Positions 29,077 through 38,475 of a stretch of DNA of 64,000 nt are shown here, in pieces (within the stretch, counting starts at the first letter, position 1; each line of letters begins with the position of its first letter). Made by a program: the position numbers and the translations under genes. The notes below the pieces were generated by a model. The model made no database searches, had not been told where the DNA came from, and saw only the letters and a list, made by a program, of their open reading frames with translations. The DNA comes from Promethearchaeota archaeon (GTDB lineage Archaea; Asgardarchaeota; Heimdallarchaeia; Hodarchaeales; Hodarchaeaceae): the NCBI GenBank assembly GCA_048938105.1, contig JBHLMN010000023.1, forward strand, positions 32,001-96,000, read 5' to 3'.

Positions 29077-30030
29077 ATGGCACATTCTTTATTTGAAAAG
29101 AGATTTCTGTTCTTTGGAGGAAAAGGAGGAGTTGGTAAGACCACCATGGCAGCTGCTACAGCTATAAGAGCGGCTGACCGTGAATATCGTACTTTATTAG
29201 TTTCAACAGATCCAGCTCATTCTGTCTCAGATAGTCTAGACCAACGAATTGGAGGGGAGACTTACACAAAAGTGAATAATGTCTCAAATTTATGGGCTAT
29301 CGAGCTGAATACAGAAGAGGCTATGCGGAATTACAGTCAAATTGTAAGTCAACAGGATCCTTCAGGAACTGTTTCAGAATTTCTTGGTGGGGATGATCCT
29401 GCTTCTTTATCCCCACCAGGAGCGGATGAAACAGTAGCATTTATACAGCTGTTAGAATATATTCAAAATCCTGAATATGATATAGTTGTATTTGATACAG
29501 CTCCAACTGGGCATACACTTAAACTGCTTCAACTACCAGAGATGACCCAAAGTTGGTTATATCGACTCATTAAAATGAGACGACGGCTAGGAGGGATGAT
29601 GGCTGGTTTTAAAGCCATTTTTGGGGGAAATTCTGGTACAAGCGAACAAGAAGCCTTTGATAAGCTAGAGGAATTAAGAGACCAAGTAGAAATTGCACGA
29701 GTTCATTTAGCCAATGCAAAAGAAACAGAATTTGTTGCTGTTATGATTCCTACTATAATGGCGATTTGGGAAACAGAACGTCTGATTCGAGCATTGTTTG
29801 AAGTGGCTTTTCCAATATCACAAATCTTTATCAATCAAATCCAGCCTAAAAATCTAGAATGTGCCTATTGTAGAGCAAGATATGGGAGTCAACAGGAGAA
29901 TTTACAAAAAATTCAGGAATTATACTCTGAATTTGACCTAATTGAAATTCCAATGTTTGAATATGAAATTAGAGGTATTGAGCGCCTTCGAGAATTAGGT
30001 CTCTTATTGTACCAAGAAGATTCTAATTGA
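29077..30030 (+). CDS. Get3/TRC40-like (ArsA family) ATPase
   Basis: GGKGGVGKTT, STDPAH, DTAPTGH. Single ATPase domain with a Met-rich insert (MRRRLGGMMAGF) and CxxC (CAYC). Confidence 0.88.
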   Translation: MAHSLFEKRFLFFGGKGGVGKTTMAAATAIRAADREYRTLLVSTDPAHSVSDSLDQRIGGETYTKVNNVSNLWAIELNTEEAMRNYSQIVSQQDPSGTVSEFLGGDDPASLSPPGADETVAFIQLLEYIQNPEYDIVVFDTAPTGHTLKLLQLPEMTQSWLYRLIKMRRRLGGMMAGFKAIFGGNSGTSEQEAFDKLEELRDQVEIARVHLANAKETEFVAVMIPTIMAIWETERLIRALFEVAFPISQIFINQIQPKNLECAYCRARYGSQQENLQKIQELYSEFDLIEIPMFEYEIRGIERLRELGLLLYQEDSN

Positions 30031-30046
30031 AGAGAGATATTAGATA

Positions 30047-30646
30047 TTATCCGTCTTCGTCCCAACCTTTCTTAATTCTAGCAAAAGCCTCTTTAAGTTC
30101 CATGTTCATTTGAGCTTTTAAACTCATTGGAGAAGCTCTTGCTGGGGGAGCAGCTGGTTGTGGTGCCGGTGGTTGTCCGAAACTTGGTTGTGGAGCTGGA
30201 GATAAACCAGGTAGAGGGGGAAGACCTGGTGGTGCCGATGGAGAAGAGGGAGGAGAAGTCGGACTTGAGGGGGGAGCCGAAGCCGTTGCTGGAGTTGGGG
30301 GTGTTGGAAGTCCTGGTGGTACACTTGTTGTTGCTGGTGCTGGAGGTGGTACACTTGTTGTTGCTGGTGTTGGAGGTGGTACACTTGTTGTTGCTGGTGT
30401 TGGAGGTGGTACACTTGCTACTGGTGTTGAAAGTGGTCTAGAAGCAGCTGTTACACCTGGGTTTGTTGAAAGTTGATCTACTTTGATAGTTAATTCATCT
30501 AAGCTATTTGCTAAGCTATCTACAATCTCTGCGAGCTGAGACACAAAACCAAAGAACTTTTTTGTCACTTCAATTAATGTTTTTACATTCTGGGACTCAT
30601 CATCACCAAAGAAATCATCTATGTTTTTCATAGACACCAAGAACAC
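30047..30646 (-). CDS. Proline-rich protein: N-terminal coiled coil, polyproline linker, C-terminal helix with acidic Trp tail
   Basis: 199-aa ORF. LAEIVDSLANSLDELTIKVDQL coiled coil; ends MELKEAFARIKKGWDEDG. Confidence 0.75.
   Translation of the reverse strand: MFLVSMKNIDDFFGDDESQNVKTLIEVTKKFFGFVSQLAEIVDSLANSLDELTIKVDQLSTNPGVTAASRPLSTPVASVPPPTPATTSVPPPTPATTSVPPPAPATTSVPPGLPTPPTPATASAPPSSPTSPPSSPSAPPGLPPLPGLSPAPQPSFGQPPAPQPAAPPARASPMSLKAQMNMELKEAFARIKKGWDEDG
30315..30418. repeat. Coding tandem repeat, 30-bp unit x ~3.5 (SVPPPTPATT)
   Basis: GGTGGTACACTTGTTGTTGCTGGTG(C/T)TGGA at 30315, 30345 and 30375, with a partial copy at 30405. Confidence 0.95.
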
Positions 30647-31022
30647 CTAATCATTTAGAAGGCTGTTTACTAATTATTACTTTAATATAGTGACTCTACA
30701 TTAATAATGAAACTTTTTTTTTGATAATTGCCCTTTTTAAGCCAGATAAATAAGCTTTAAGAGGAAATCTACGTAAGTAAGTCATCCACTATATTCATGG
30801 ATATTTTGAGATTTCATTGTTATAAATAGTTCTGTTCCTTCTCTAGAGAAAATAAGAATTTCTGAATATTTTAACTAGCGCTTAGCTATTAAAATCGTGT
30901 TATCTAAAATACAGATAGATATGCAAAGATGCAACTATATATGGATAATTCAAAGAAATATTGATTGAGATCAAAGAATTATGACTAGAAGAGCGATATA
31001 AGATAGGGTTCTTGTTCCACAA

Positions 31023-31886
31023 TTAAAAACTGGTTTTTTTTTGAAAATTTTTAATATAATCAGTAATTAAGCAAACATCTTTGGTTGCTTTTATATCATG
31101 GGTTCTAATGATATGTGCACCATTCAGTATAGCTACTGTAGTTGCTGCTAATGATCCCCATAATCTTTTTTCAGGAGGAACATTTAGAATTTTGCCAATG
31201 AAGGATTTACGTGATATTCCTACAAGAATACAATGTTTTAATTCACGAAGCTTGGCTAAATTAACGATTAATTTGTAATCGTTTTCTGTCTGTCGTGTAG
31301 TTACCCAACTACCTAAACCAGGGTCAATAATTATTCTCGATTTTTCAATACCTGCATTAACACCTAATTGGATGCTGTTACCAAGTTCAATAAGAACCTC
31401 TTTTATTGAAAATACATCCCCTGGGACTCGACGACAGGCCATTACAATTGCAGAGGCAGAATATTCAGAAACAACATACGGAAGTTTGGGGTCGGATTTA
31501 AACCCAGAAATATCATTAATAATCGTTGTACCTTGGGAGAGAGCATATTCTGCTGTTATCGATGATTGTGTATCAACTGAAATGGGGATATTCAATCCCA
31601 TCTCATTGTAAACCTTAAAGAAATAAGAAAGACGATCTATTTCGGTGGATTCAGAAACTTTTTCCTTACCTTTATATAGAAAAGCTGGGGCGCTGGAAAT
31701 GGCACCTATGTCAATGAAGTCTGCCCCTCCCTCAATTATGTGTTCTAAATAGAACCGAATCTCATCTTCAGACTGTTTAATGCTTCCTTTAAAGAAAGAA
31801 CTTGGTGAAAGATTTATAATTGCCATAAGATGGGTTCTAACACGATCACCAACCTCTATATTACCTAATCGTCCTTTTATTAACAT
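31023..31886 (-). CDS. folP: Dihydropteroate synthase
   Basis: MAIINLSPSSF, GADFIDIGA, ISVDT, INDISG, IDPGLG, GISRKSF, IRTHD. Confidence 0.92.
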   Translation of the reverse strand: MLIKGRLGNIEVGDRVRTHLMAIINLSPSSFFKGSIKQSEDEIRFYLEHIIEGGADFIDIGAISSAPAFLYKGKEKVSESTEIDRLSYFFKVYNEMGLNIPISVDTQSSITAEYALSQGTTIINDISGFKSDPKLPYVVSEYSASAIVMACRRVPGDVFSIKEVLIELGNSIQLGVNAGIEKSRIIIDPGLGSWVTTRQTENDYKLIVNLAKLRELKHCILVGISRKSFIGKILNVPPEKRLWGSLAATTVAILNGAHIIRTHDIKATKDVCLITDYIKNFQKKTSF

Positions 31887-31899
31887 ATTTCCTTACCTT

Positions 31900-32709
31900 T
31901 TATTGCTTCATTTTAGATTTTCTTTTGAACCAAAGGGGCCCCATGTAAATACAATTGTTTGGGGGAATTTTCATGGTTGAATTGTATTTCTCGCTCTCTC
32001 TGGTCTCTTCAAAAGTGATCTCTTTGCATCCACGGGCTATAACTACTGGGACTCTTTGGTTTGTCTCCCCCATTAAAATTTCAGCCCCACTAACTAGGTT
32101 ATCAGCAATTGCACGTGAGGTAATATTCATGGGTCGGCCATATAGGTCTGGGGTCCCAATGTCATCGATTATAGGTCTAAATCCCGATATAGCAAGGGCA
32201 AAACCCGAAGTTCCTCGTCTTAAAGGATGCGTCTTTGAATCAGCGATTATAATTCCAACATTTTTTCCAGTTATTGCATTGATCTCTTTACGTATTCTTT
32301 CTGCAGTTTTAACAGGATTTCTGGGCAATACAATCAAGAATTCATTACCTCCAGCATTACTTTGATCAACACCTGCATTAGCTTGAAGAACATTATTACG
32401 TAAAGCAAGAACGGCACCTGGTACAGCACCTAGAACTTCATCTGCCTCTTGGAATACTACTTCAACAAATCGGGGATCAAGTCCAGTAGTACTTGCAGCA
32501 ATTCTTGCTTCTTGTCGAACGTTAGTGATACTGTTTAAGTGAAGTTGACAGCCTTCAATAATGGATATAACTTTGCTTGCAATGATAACTATATCATAAT
32601 CCTGTAACTCGACCTTATTGACGTTTATCGCTTTTATCAAAATATTTGTAATATCTTTGTCAGATGCATTAATAAGGGGGGTGCGAATCCCAAAGAATTC
32701 GATTTTCAT
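31900..32709 (-). CDS. cofE: CofE-family gamma-glutamyl ligase
   Basis: IASKVIS..EG, NAGVDQSN, IIADS...PLRRG, DLYGR, MGE...PVVIARG. Immediately upstream of folP. Confidence 0.82.
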   Translation of the reverse strand: MKIEFFGIRTPLINASDKDITNILIKAINVNKVELQDYDIVIIASKVISIIEGCQLHLNSITNVRQEARIAASTTGLDPRFVEVVFQEADEVLGAVPGAVLALRNNVLQANAGVDQSNAGGNEFLIVLPRNPVKTAERIRKEINAITGKNVGIIIADSKTHPLRRGTSGFALAISGFRPIIDDIGTPDLYGRPMNITSRAIADNLVSGAEILMGETNQRVPVVIARGCKEITFEETRESEKYNSTMKIPPNNCIYMGPLWFKRKSKMKQ

Positions 32710-32851
32710 ATTATTTCATTCCCGTATTTTTCAATTGGAAGTGACTAGATATGATTGATCAATTTAATGAGCTTCATTTCAATAAGATAACAGGCAATCT
32801 TTTAAATTTGAGATTGATGTATTACAATTACTCAGATATCAAAGTTAATTT

Positions 32852-33619
32852 TTGATAAACGGAGAAATTATGATGGTAATGGAAGATCGTGCAAAATTTG
32901 GGATTCCACTGCTTGATGATGCCTTGGGTGGAGGAGTTCCTCGGGGGTCTATCATCCTTGTTGAAGATGAAGTTGGTATCAATACAGAGCATATTTTAGT
33001 TCAATTTCTTTCTGAAGGCTTAAGAACTGGTGAATATGGGTATATATTATCCACAGAACACTTATTTTCCCACTACTCCCCATTATTTGTACCCTATAAT
33101 ATCTCAGAGGTCACTTTTGAAACAAAACGGTTAGTTTTTTTGGACGCATTTACTAATCCTTTTGGTTATGCCGAAGGAAGACCAGGTACAACAGGAGAAA
33201 ATGTCATCCGAGATATTACTCAGCCTCGCCTTGTGACTGATCAAATCCGTCGTTCATTATTACATGTCCGATCTCAACCGATTCGTGGTGTTCTTGATTC
33301 TTTAACAACAATTCTATTGGTTTCTGATTCATTAAAAGCACCCATGGCTTTCTTACAACATAAAATTGCTACTGATAAAGAGATGGGTGTTGTTAGTATC
33401 CTAACTTTGCATCGTGATGTTCATGAAGCGAGAATTATTCAAGCGATAGAACATTATAGTGATGGAGTTATTAGATTGGAGAAAAGAATCCAAGAAGAGA
33501 AAGAAGAGGAAGTTTTACAAATTAGAAAAGTTCCAGGAGTGGCGTTAGCAGAACTCGAAAACACTGAATTTATTTTTCGGCCGACACCTGGTCATATAGA
33601 ATTATCACCTTCAATCTAA
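32852..33619 (+). CDS. KaiC/RecA-superfamily protein with degenerate Walker A
   Basis: FGIPLLDDALGGGVPRGS, LDSLT, SDGVIRL, LQIRK. The P-loop position reads EDEVGINTE. Confidence 0.8.
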   Translation: MINGEIMMVMEDRAKFGIPLLDDALGGGVPRGSIILVEDEVGINTEHILVQFLSEGLRTGEYGYILSTEHLFSHYSPLFVPYNISEVTFETKRLVFLDAFTNPFGYAEGRPGTTGENVIRDITQPRLVTDQIRRSLLHVRSQPIRGVLDSLTTILLVSDSLKAPMAFLQHKIATDKEMGVVSILTLHRDVHEARIIQAIEHYSDGVIRLEKRIQEEKEEEVLQIRKVPGVALAELENTEFIFRPTPGHIELSPSI

Positions 33620-33663
33620 GCAGGTTCTTAAATAAAATTGCAATCGTTAAGTGAGAGGTTTTT

Positions 33664-33882
33664 ATGGCTGCGAAAAAAAAGTTCTGTGATGTTGAGGGTT
33701 GTTCAAACTTAACAAAAAAGACTGTTTCACGAGAACTAGCGGGAGATGCGCTTAAACAGGCAAATTTAACACTTGATATCCGAGATAAAGTAAATAAAGT
33801 TCATCTCTGTGCTGATCATTACCGAAAAATCAAGAAACAACTGAAAAAAGATCGAAAAATTGAACGGTTACGATGGGGTTAA
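33664..33882 (+). CDS. Small basic putative zinc-binding protein
   Basis: CDVEGC...HLCADHY, Lys/Arg-rich. GAGAGG-type RBS upstream. Confidence 0.65.
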   Translation: MAAKKKFCDVEGCSNLTKKTVSRELAGDALKQANLTLDIRDKVNKVHLCADHYRKIKKQLKKDRKIERLRWG

Positions 33883-33885
33883 TTT

Positions 33886-34797
33886 CTAAAGGAATTTTAT
33901 CTCCATGGCGTCTTCAGGACAGACCGCAACGCAATCCATGCAATTAGTACAATGTGGACTCCTCACTTTCTCTGAAGGATGAGAGAGAATCCTGACACCC
34001 ATTGGACAGACATCCTCGCAGAATCCACAATGATTACATTTCGATATATTACGCCCAATTCCTAGTAATGAATTTTTACCAAGATGACCCATAATTGTCC
34101 CTACAGGGCAGAACCAACGACACCAGCCTCTAGGGATATAAATAACAAGGATTACAGCAAAAATAAAGATAAAAATGCGTAACCAAAAGATGATGTCAAT
34201 TAGAATAAACTTATCCCAGATGAAGAAATTTTCAATTCCACCCCACCAAAACAATAAGGGTATAGCAGTGAACAAGAACGCTGATGGACTTAAAACTGCC
34301 CATGGTTGATCGACAAACACATCAAAAGCAGCTTCAACAGTTGCTTTCTCACCCAAGGCAACATTAACCCCAATAAAGGTTGATAAGAGTAATGTTGCCC
34401 CTGTAATAAATTCACCAAATTGTCTTAGATTAAGGTTTGTCTCTCTTGTAGGTTCGTATTTTCTGATCCATGAAGTAAGATACCCTAAAATGTCTTGGAA
34501 CAAACCAAACGGACAGGCCCATGCACAAAAAAACCTACCAAGAATGGCACCAGAGAGAAAAAACACAGCAAGAGGAATTAAAGGGACAATAGCCATCGTT
34601 AACATCCTTTGTAAAAGGAAAAAGGCCCCTTCAGAGCTTGAAAAGAGTGAACGGGGCATATTTACAGGTAATACCAGCCAAGTTGCACCAATAAGGAAAA
34701 ATGTGAGGTTCATTAAAACAAACATGATAAACTGGACGAAAGTTCGCAATAAGCGGAGTTTTGTCAGATTCGTCTTTTTTTTCTTATGCCACGCCAT
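33886..34797 (-). CDS. NapH/MauN-type membrane polyferredoxin
   Basis: GRFFCAWACPFG, RGWCRWFCPVG, two CxxCxxCxxxCP motifs, multiple TM helices. Confidence 0.88.
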   Translation of the reverse strand: MAWHKKKKTNLTKLRLLRTFVQFIMFVLMNLTFFLIGATWLVLPVNMPRSLFSSSEGAFFLLQRMLTMAIVPLIPLAVFFLSGAILGRFFCAWACPFGLFQDILGYLTSWIRKYEPTRETNLNLRQFGEFITGATLLLSTFIGVNVALGEKATVEAAFDVFVDQPWAVLSPSAFLFTAIPLLFWWGGIENFFIWDKFILIDIIFWLRIFIFIFAVILVIYIPRGWCRWFCPVGTIMGHLGKNSLLGIGRNISKCNHCGFCEDVCPMGVRILSHPSEKVRSPHCTNCMDCVAVCPEDAMEIKFL

Positions 34798-34806
34798 TTA
34801 AATCAC

Positions 34807-34953
34807 CTAAGGAATAGGAATTCCAGCTTTCGCGCTTTTTGTTATTTCTGAAATGATTTCTGGAATTAATTCGAATTGATTTGTAGAAATAGCAATGGCT
34901 AATAAGATGATGCCTAAACTAAACGCTAGAAAAGCTTTTGCGTTGCTTCTCAT
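34807..34953 (-). CDS. Small single-TM protein upstream of the NapH-like gene
   Basis: MRSNAKAFLAFSLGIILLAIAI...; the 9-bp gap to the next gene contains a GGTGA RBS. Confidence 0.5.
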   Translation of the reverse strand: MRSNAKAFLAFSLGIILLAIAISTNQFELIPEIISEITKSAKAGIPIP

Positions 34954-35104
34954 AATGATATTTCCTTTGTAATTATGGTCAATAGGAAGCAAAATCAAGT
35001 TCTGACGTAGAACTGTGCATTTACGTTCTCTTCATAAATCCTTACATAAACAATGACAACGGCTAATGCAAAGATCAATTTTGTTAATAATTAAGAAGAT
35101 TTTG

Positions 35105-36328
35105 CTAAAAACCCCAATCTCGACTCTTACTGAACCCATGAGCGATAATTCGTGCATCACTAAATTTTTTCAGCATAGAGGGCGATAAAAGAGCTTTTAA
35201 AAGTAATCGTAACTTTTGAAACGTGTTAAGATTAGTGATATCCCAACCATCAACCCATGAGCCAAATATTTCGATATCATTAGCTGTAAACTTGTTATAC
35301 AAAATCTCATGAGCTTGTTGAATAATCGGATCCGTATACGGGTATATTTGAGAATTTTTTTGATATTTACTCATTTGTTGTTCATTGAATTCTCCAACTT
35401 CATGAGCTTCGACCGCGTTTAGTCCAGCAAGCATACCTGAGTGAATTCCTATCGAAATCCCCCCATAAAAAATAGAGTTTGTCATCCCTGCTGCGTCACC
35501 TGCGACCATGAAATTATTGCTGTATCTCTTAGGAATAGGTCCACTAGCAGGTATAATCCCAGCTATCTTTTGTATTATCTCTTCATCTTTTATATTCTTG
35601 TACCCTATGTATTTAATGAATTGATTCAAAATTCTCATTGGTTTAGATGCTGGTTCAACTACAACCCCTACGTTTGTATGATTTTTTTTAGGGAAAGACC
35701 AACCATAATGCATTTTTTCAAAAAGCTGCCGATTGAAATAAAAATCAAGAGCATCCGTGTGTACTCCTTGAATTTTATATTCTACACCTTGTACATATTT
35801 TATGGGAGGTTCCAATCCCATCATTCGAACACTGTGAGCAGAAGGCCCGTCACATCCTATGACAATGTTCGCCTCATAAATTCCATTTGTAGTTTTGACC
35901 TCTAATCTCTCATTCATCGGATTGATTGCAATTACTTGAGTTCCTAGAAGTAGTTCTGCGCCTAAATTTTGAGCTGTATTAGCCATAATTTGATCAAAAA
36001 GAGGACGATTAATGGTAACAGTATTTATACTTGCTGTAGCCACTCCCTTTATCCCAAAAAAGAAACGTTGAGCATTGACCACTCTTTCAAGAAAGGATTC
36101 ATGTCGTTGGAGACTTAAGATCTGATCATTAATCTGAGAATCTATTTTAGGCATATTTTCTAGCGAAAAGAGCTTTTCAGCTGAAATTCCTTCTCCACAT
36201 GCTAGTGGATAGCCTATTTTTCTGTGTTCTTCAATAACAAGAGTAGTTAAACCCTGCTTAGCGGTTGTAGTTGCTGCAGATAACCCTGTGGGACCTCCTC
36301 CAACAATAAGAATGTCATAAACGGTCAT
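35105..36328 (-). CDS. Geranylgeranyl reductase family flavoprotein
   Basis: GGGPTG, ACGEG, RPLFDQ, GCDG, YGWSFPK..NVG, GDAAG...GGI. Confidence 0.88.
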   Translation of the reverse strand: MTVYDILIVGGGPTGLSAATTTAKQGLTTLVIEEHRKIGYPLACGEGISAEKLFSLENMPKIDSQINDQILSLQRHESFLERVVNAQRFFFGIKGVATASINTVTINRPLFDQIMANTAQNLGAELLLGTQVIAINPMNERLEVKTTNGIYEANIVIGCDGPSAHSVRMMGLEPPIKYVQGVEYKIQGVHTDALDFYFNRQLFEKMHYGWSFPKKNHTNVGVVVEPASKPMRILNQFIKYIGYKNIKDEEIIQKIAGIIPASGPIPKRYSNNFMVAGDAAGMTNSIFYGGISIGIHSGMLAGLNAVEAHEVGEFNEQQMSKYQKNSQIYPYTDPIIQQAHEILYNKFTANDIEIFGSWVDGWDITNLNTFQKLRLLLKALLSPSMLKKFSDARIIAHGFSKSRDWGF

Positions 36329-36466
36329 ATTTCTGCAACTCTGACTTTATATACATAATACAGGGATTCTAGATCATTAACAATAATATGAAGCAAGACA
36401 TAATTGTATTACCAAAAGCTGGTATTTCAAGAAAAAGGATTAATCAAAAAATAATTCAGTGAAAAT

Positions 36467-36799
36467 ATGGGTTTTTTTGTGTCATATACACCGATTAGAG
36501 TAGGAAAATGTTCAAAAAAAGTTCAGGGAAAAATCATTGTTAAATTAGAAACTAAAAACCTTCCAAAAATCGGAGCCCGTGTGAAAATTCAAAGAAATGG
36601 CCATTTTAAGACAATTGGCGGGGTTATCGAGGTTATTGGATCAACTCGAAATCCATGGATTGTAATTTCAGCCTCCCCAAGCTCGTTCAACATAGTTCAG
36701 TATGATGAAAATATATTTACAGAGGAACGATCTCAACGAGAAAAAAAGAAGAAAAAAAGGAAAGTCAAAAGACACAAGAAAAAAGAAGCTGATATTTAA
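36467..36799 (+). CDS. gar1: H/ACA RNP protein Gar1-like
   Basis: PKIGARV...[18 protein letters not shown] followed by a basic tail. Confidence 0.7.
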   Translation: MGFFVSYTPIRVGKCSKKVQGKIIVKLETKNLPKIGARVKIQRNGHFKTIGGVIEVIGSTRNPWIVISASPSSFNIVQYDENIFTEERSQREKKKKKRKVKRHKKKEADI

Positions 36800-36890
36800 A
36801 ATCATAAAAAGTACCCCAATTACAGCAGTAGTCAGCAAAAATTTTAATCTGACTGACCTTATTTATATAATATTTGAGGAGAGCTATTCG

Positions 36891-37271
36891 TTGGCAAGAT
36901 CACAAAAGAGATCAGTACGGAAACCGAGTGGCGGACGATATCATGTTGCTATCAAAAAGAAGAAACGTGATCTCGCACGACCAGCCGCACATACAATGCT
37001 TGGGGAAAAACGAAAAAAAATTGTACGAACACGAGGAGGGAATCGAAAAATTAGATTGTTAAGCTGTCAATATGCCAATATATCCTCTATAGAAAAACGA
37101 ACTGCAAAAAAAGTAGAAATTGAAGATGTACTTGAGAATCCAGCAAACAGGGATTTCGCGAGGAGGAAGATCATTACAAAAGGAGCAATAATTCGCACGA
37201 AGAAGGGAAATGCGAGGGTAACAAGTCGCCCTGGGCAAAACGGAACTGTGGACGCAGTTCTAATAGCATAA
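36891..37271 (+). CDS. rps8e: Ribosomal protein eS8
   Basis: [45 protein letters not shown] start at 36891 after GAGGAG. Confidence 0.95.
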   Translation: MARSQKRSVRKPSGGRYHVAIKKKKRDLARPAAHTMLGEKRKKIVRTRGGNRKIRLLSCQYANISSIEKRTAKKVEIEDVLENPANRDFARRKIITKGAIIRTKKGNARVTSRPGQNGTVDAVLIA

Positions 37272-37327
37272 TACACTCTTTCCTTCAAGCTGACGATCAT
37301 ATATTTCCAATAGGAATTGTCTGGGAT

Positions 37328-38218
37328 ATGGATCATAAAGAATCAAGTATCTCGGAGGGGGAAAAAACAGGGACTAAAAGTATGGTAGTTAAACTGTTAA
37401 ACTGGCTACAAAAGGCTATTAAGCGAACTTTTAGTGGTCATAGCAGATCTACTTGGGTTTGGATAATTCTCTTCATAATTATTTTTATTGTTAGTGTAAT
37501 AATTTTAATACTTCAATATCAAGATGACACATGGTTATTTTCTATAGTTGTTCGTTGGTTTATTGTACCCATAGTTGATTTAAAGGAATGGGGCTGGTTA
37601 ATCTTTATTTTATTCATGGGTATTCAAGGTATATTAGTACCTATTCCATCAGAACTTGTTCTTTTATCTTCTGGTCTTATCTGGGGTTTAATAGGAGGTA
37701 CAATCCTAGGGATTATTGGCTCAATGGCAGCTGGGATTTTAACCTACTATATTGCTGTTCTTGGAGGAAGACCAATGATGGAAAGGTTTCTTGGTCAGGA
37801 AAATCTTGATGTTCTCGATTTTTATATTGGAAAATATGGAACAGCGGCTATTCTTGTAGCAAGAGCATTTCCTTTTATGGCTTTTGATCCCATTTCCTAT
37901 GCGGCAGGATTTCTTAAAATTGAGTTCAGATCATACTGTATTGCAACTTTAATTGGTTCAGTTATTCGGTGTGTGTTTTATGCCTGGTTAGGATCACTAT
38001 TGATTCAAGGTGGGAATAGTGTGGAAGATGTTATTAATGATCCAATTGCGATGCAAACATTTATAGATGCTGGATCGACTCAATTCAACATATTACTCGC
38101 TATAATTGTGGTTATTCTAGGTTCTGCTTACTTATTTTACCAATTTATATTGATGCCTTATCTAAGAAAGAAACACCTTGAAGCAACAACAGATAATTTC
38201 TCAACAATTGAGGACTGA
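37328..38218 (+). CDS. VTT/DedA (TVP38/TMEM64) family membrane protein
   Basis: QGILVPIPSE, GSMAAG..YY....GG, ARAFPFMAFDPISYAAG. Confidence 0.88.
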   Translation: MDHKESSISEGEKTGTKSMVVKLLNWLQKAIKRTFSGHSRSTWVWIILFIIIFIVSVIILILQYQDDTWLFSIVVRWFIVPIVDLKEWGWLIFILFMGIQGILVPIPSELVLLSSGLIWGLIGGTILGIIGSMAAGILTYYIAVLGGRPMMERFLGQENLDVLDFYIGKYGTAAILVARAFPFMAFDPISYAAGFLKIEFRSYCIATLIGSVIRCVFYAWLGSLLIQGGNSVEDVINDPIAMQTFIDAGSTQFNILLAIIVVILGSAYLFYQFILMPYLRKKHLEATTDNFSTIED

Positions 38219-38475
38219 ATTTTCAAGTTCCTATCGTACCTTTATTAACTACCGATTGAATAAAAATGGTAGAAACTTATCTAGAATTTCTGAAAATTTC
38301 AACAAGCTGGCTATATATCCTCTTTAGCGTCATCCCTAAAAGAAAAGTACTTAAGTCAAAGAGAAATATTCATGAATATTTGGGAGGAATATATAAGTAG
38401 AAATTTCATATCCTGAAGTAGGAATTATTCTAATTTACTCTTATGGAGATGAAGAAATAATAGGGAGTCTACGTC

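Noticed and set aside
29077-30030. Arsenic-resistance ArsA
   Set aside because: It is single-domain with Get3-type features and has no arsB/acr3/arsD/arsR neighbours.
30315-30418. Possible CRISPR array
   Set aside because: The units are contiguous with no spacers, lie in frame in a CDS, and no cas genes are present.
30124-30441. Poly-Q/H ORF (30124-30414, -) and Leu/Val-repeat ORF (30127-30441, +)
   Set aside because: These are alternative frames of the 30-bp repeat inside the proline-rich gene.
36702-36890. N-terminal extension of eS8
   Set aside because: It overlaps gar1. The RBS and TTG at 36891 give a normal-length eS8.
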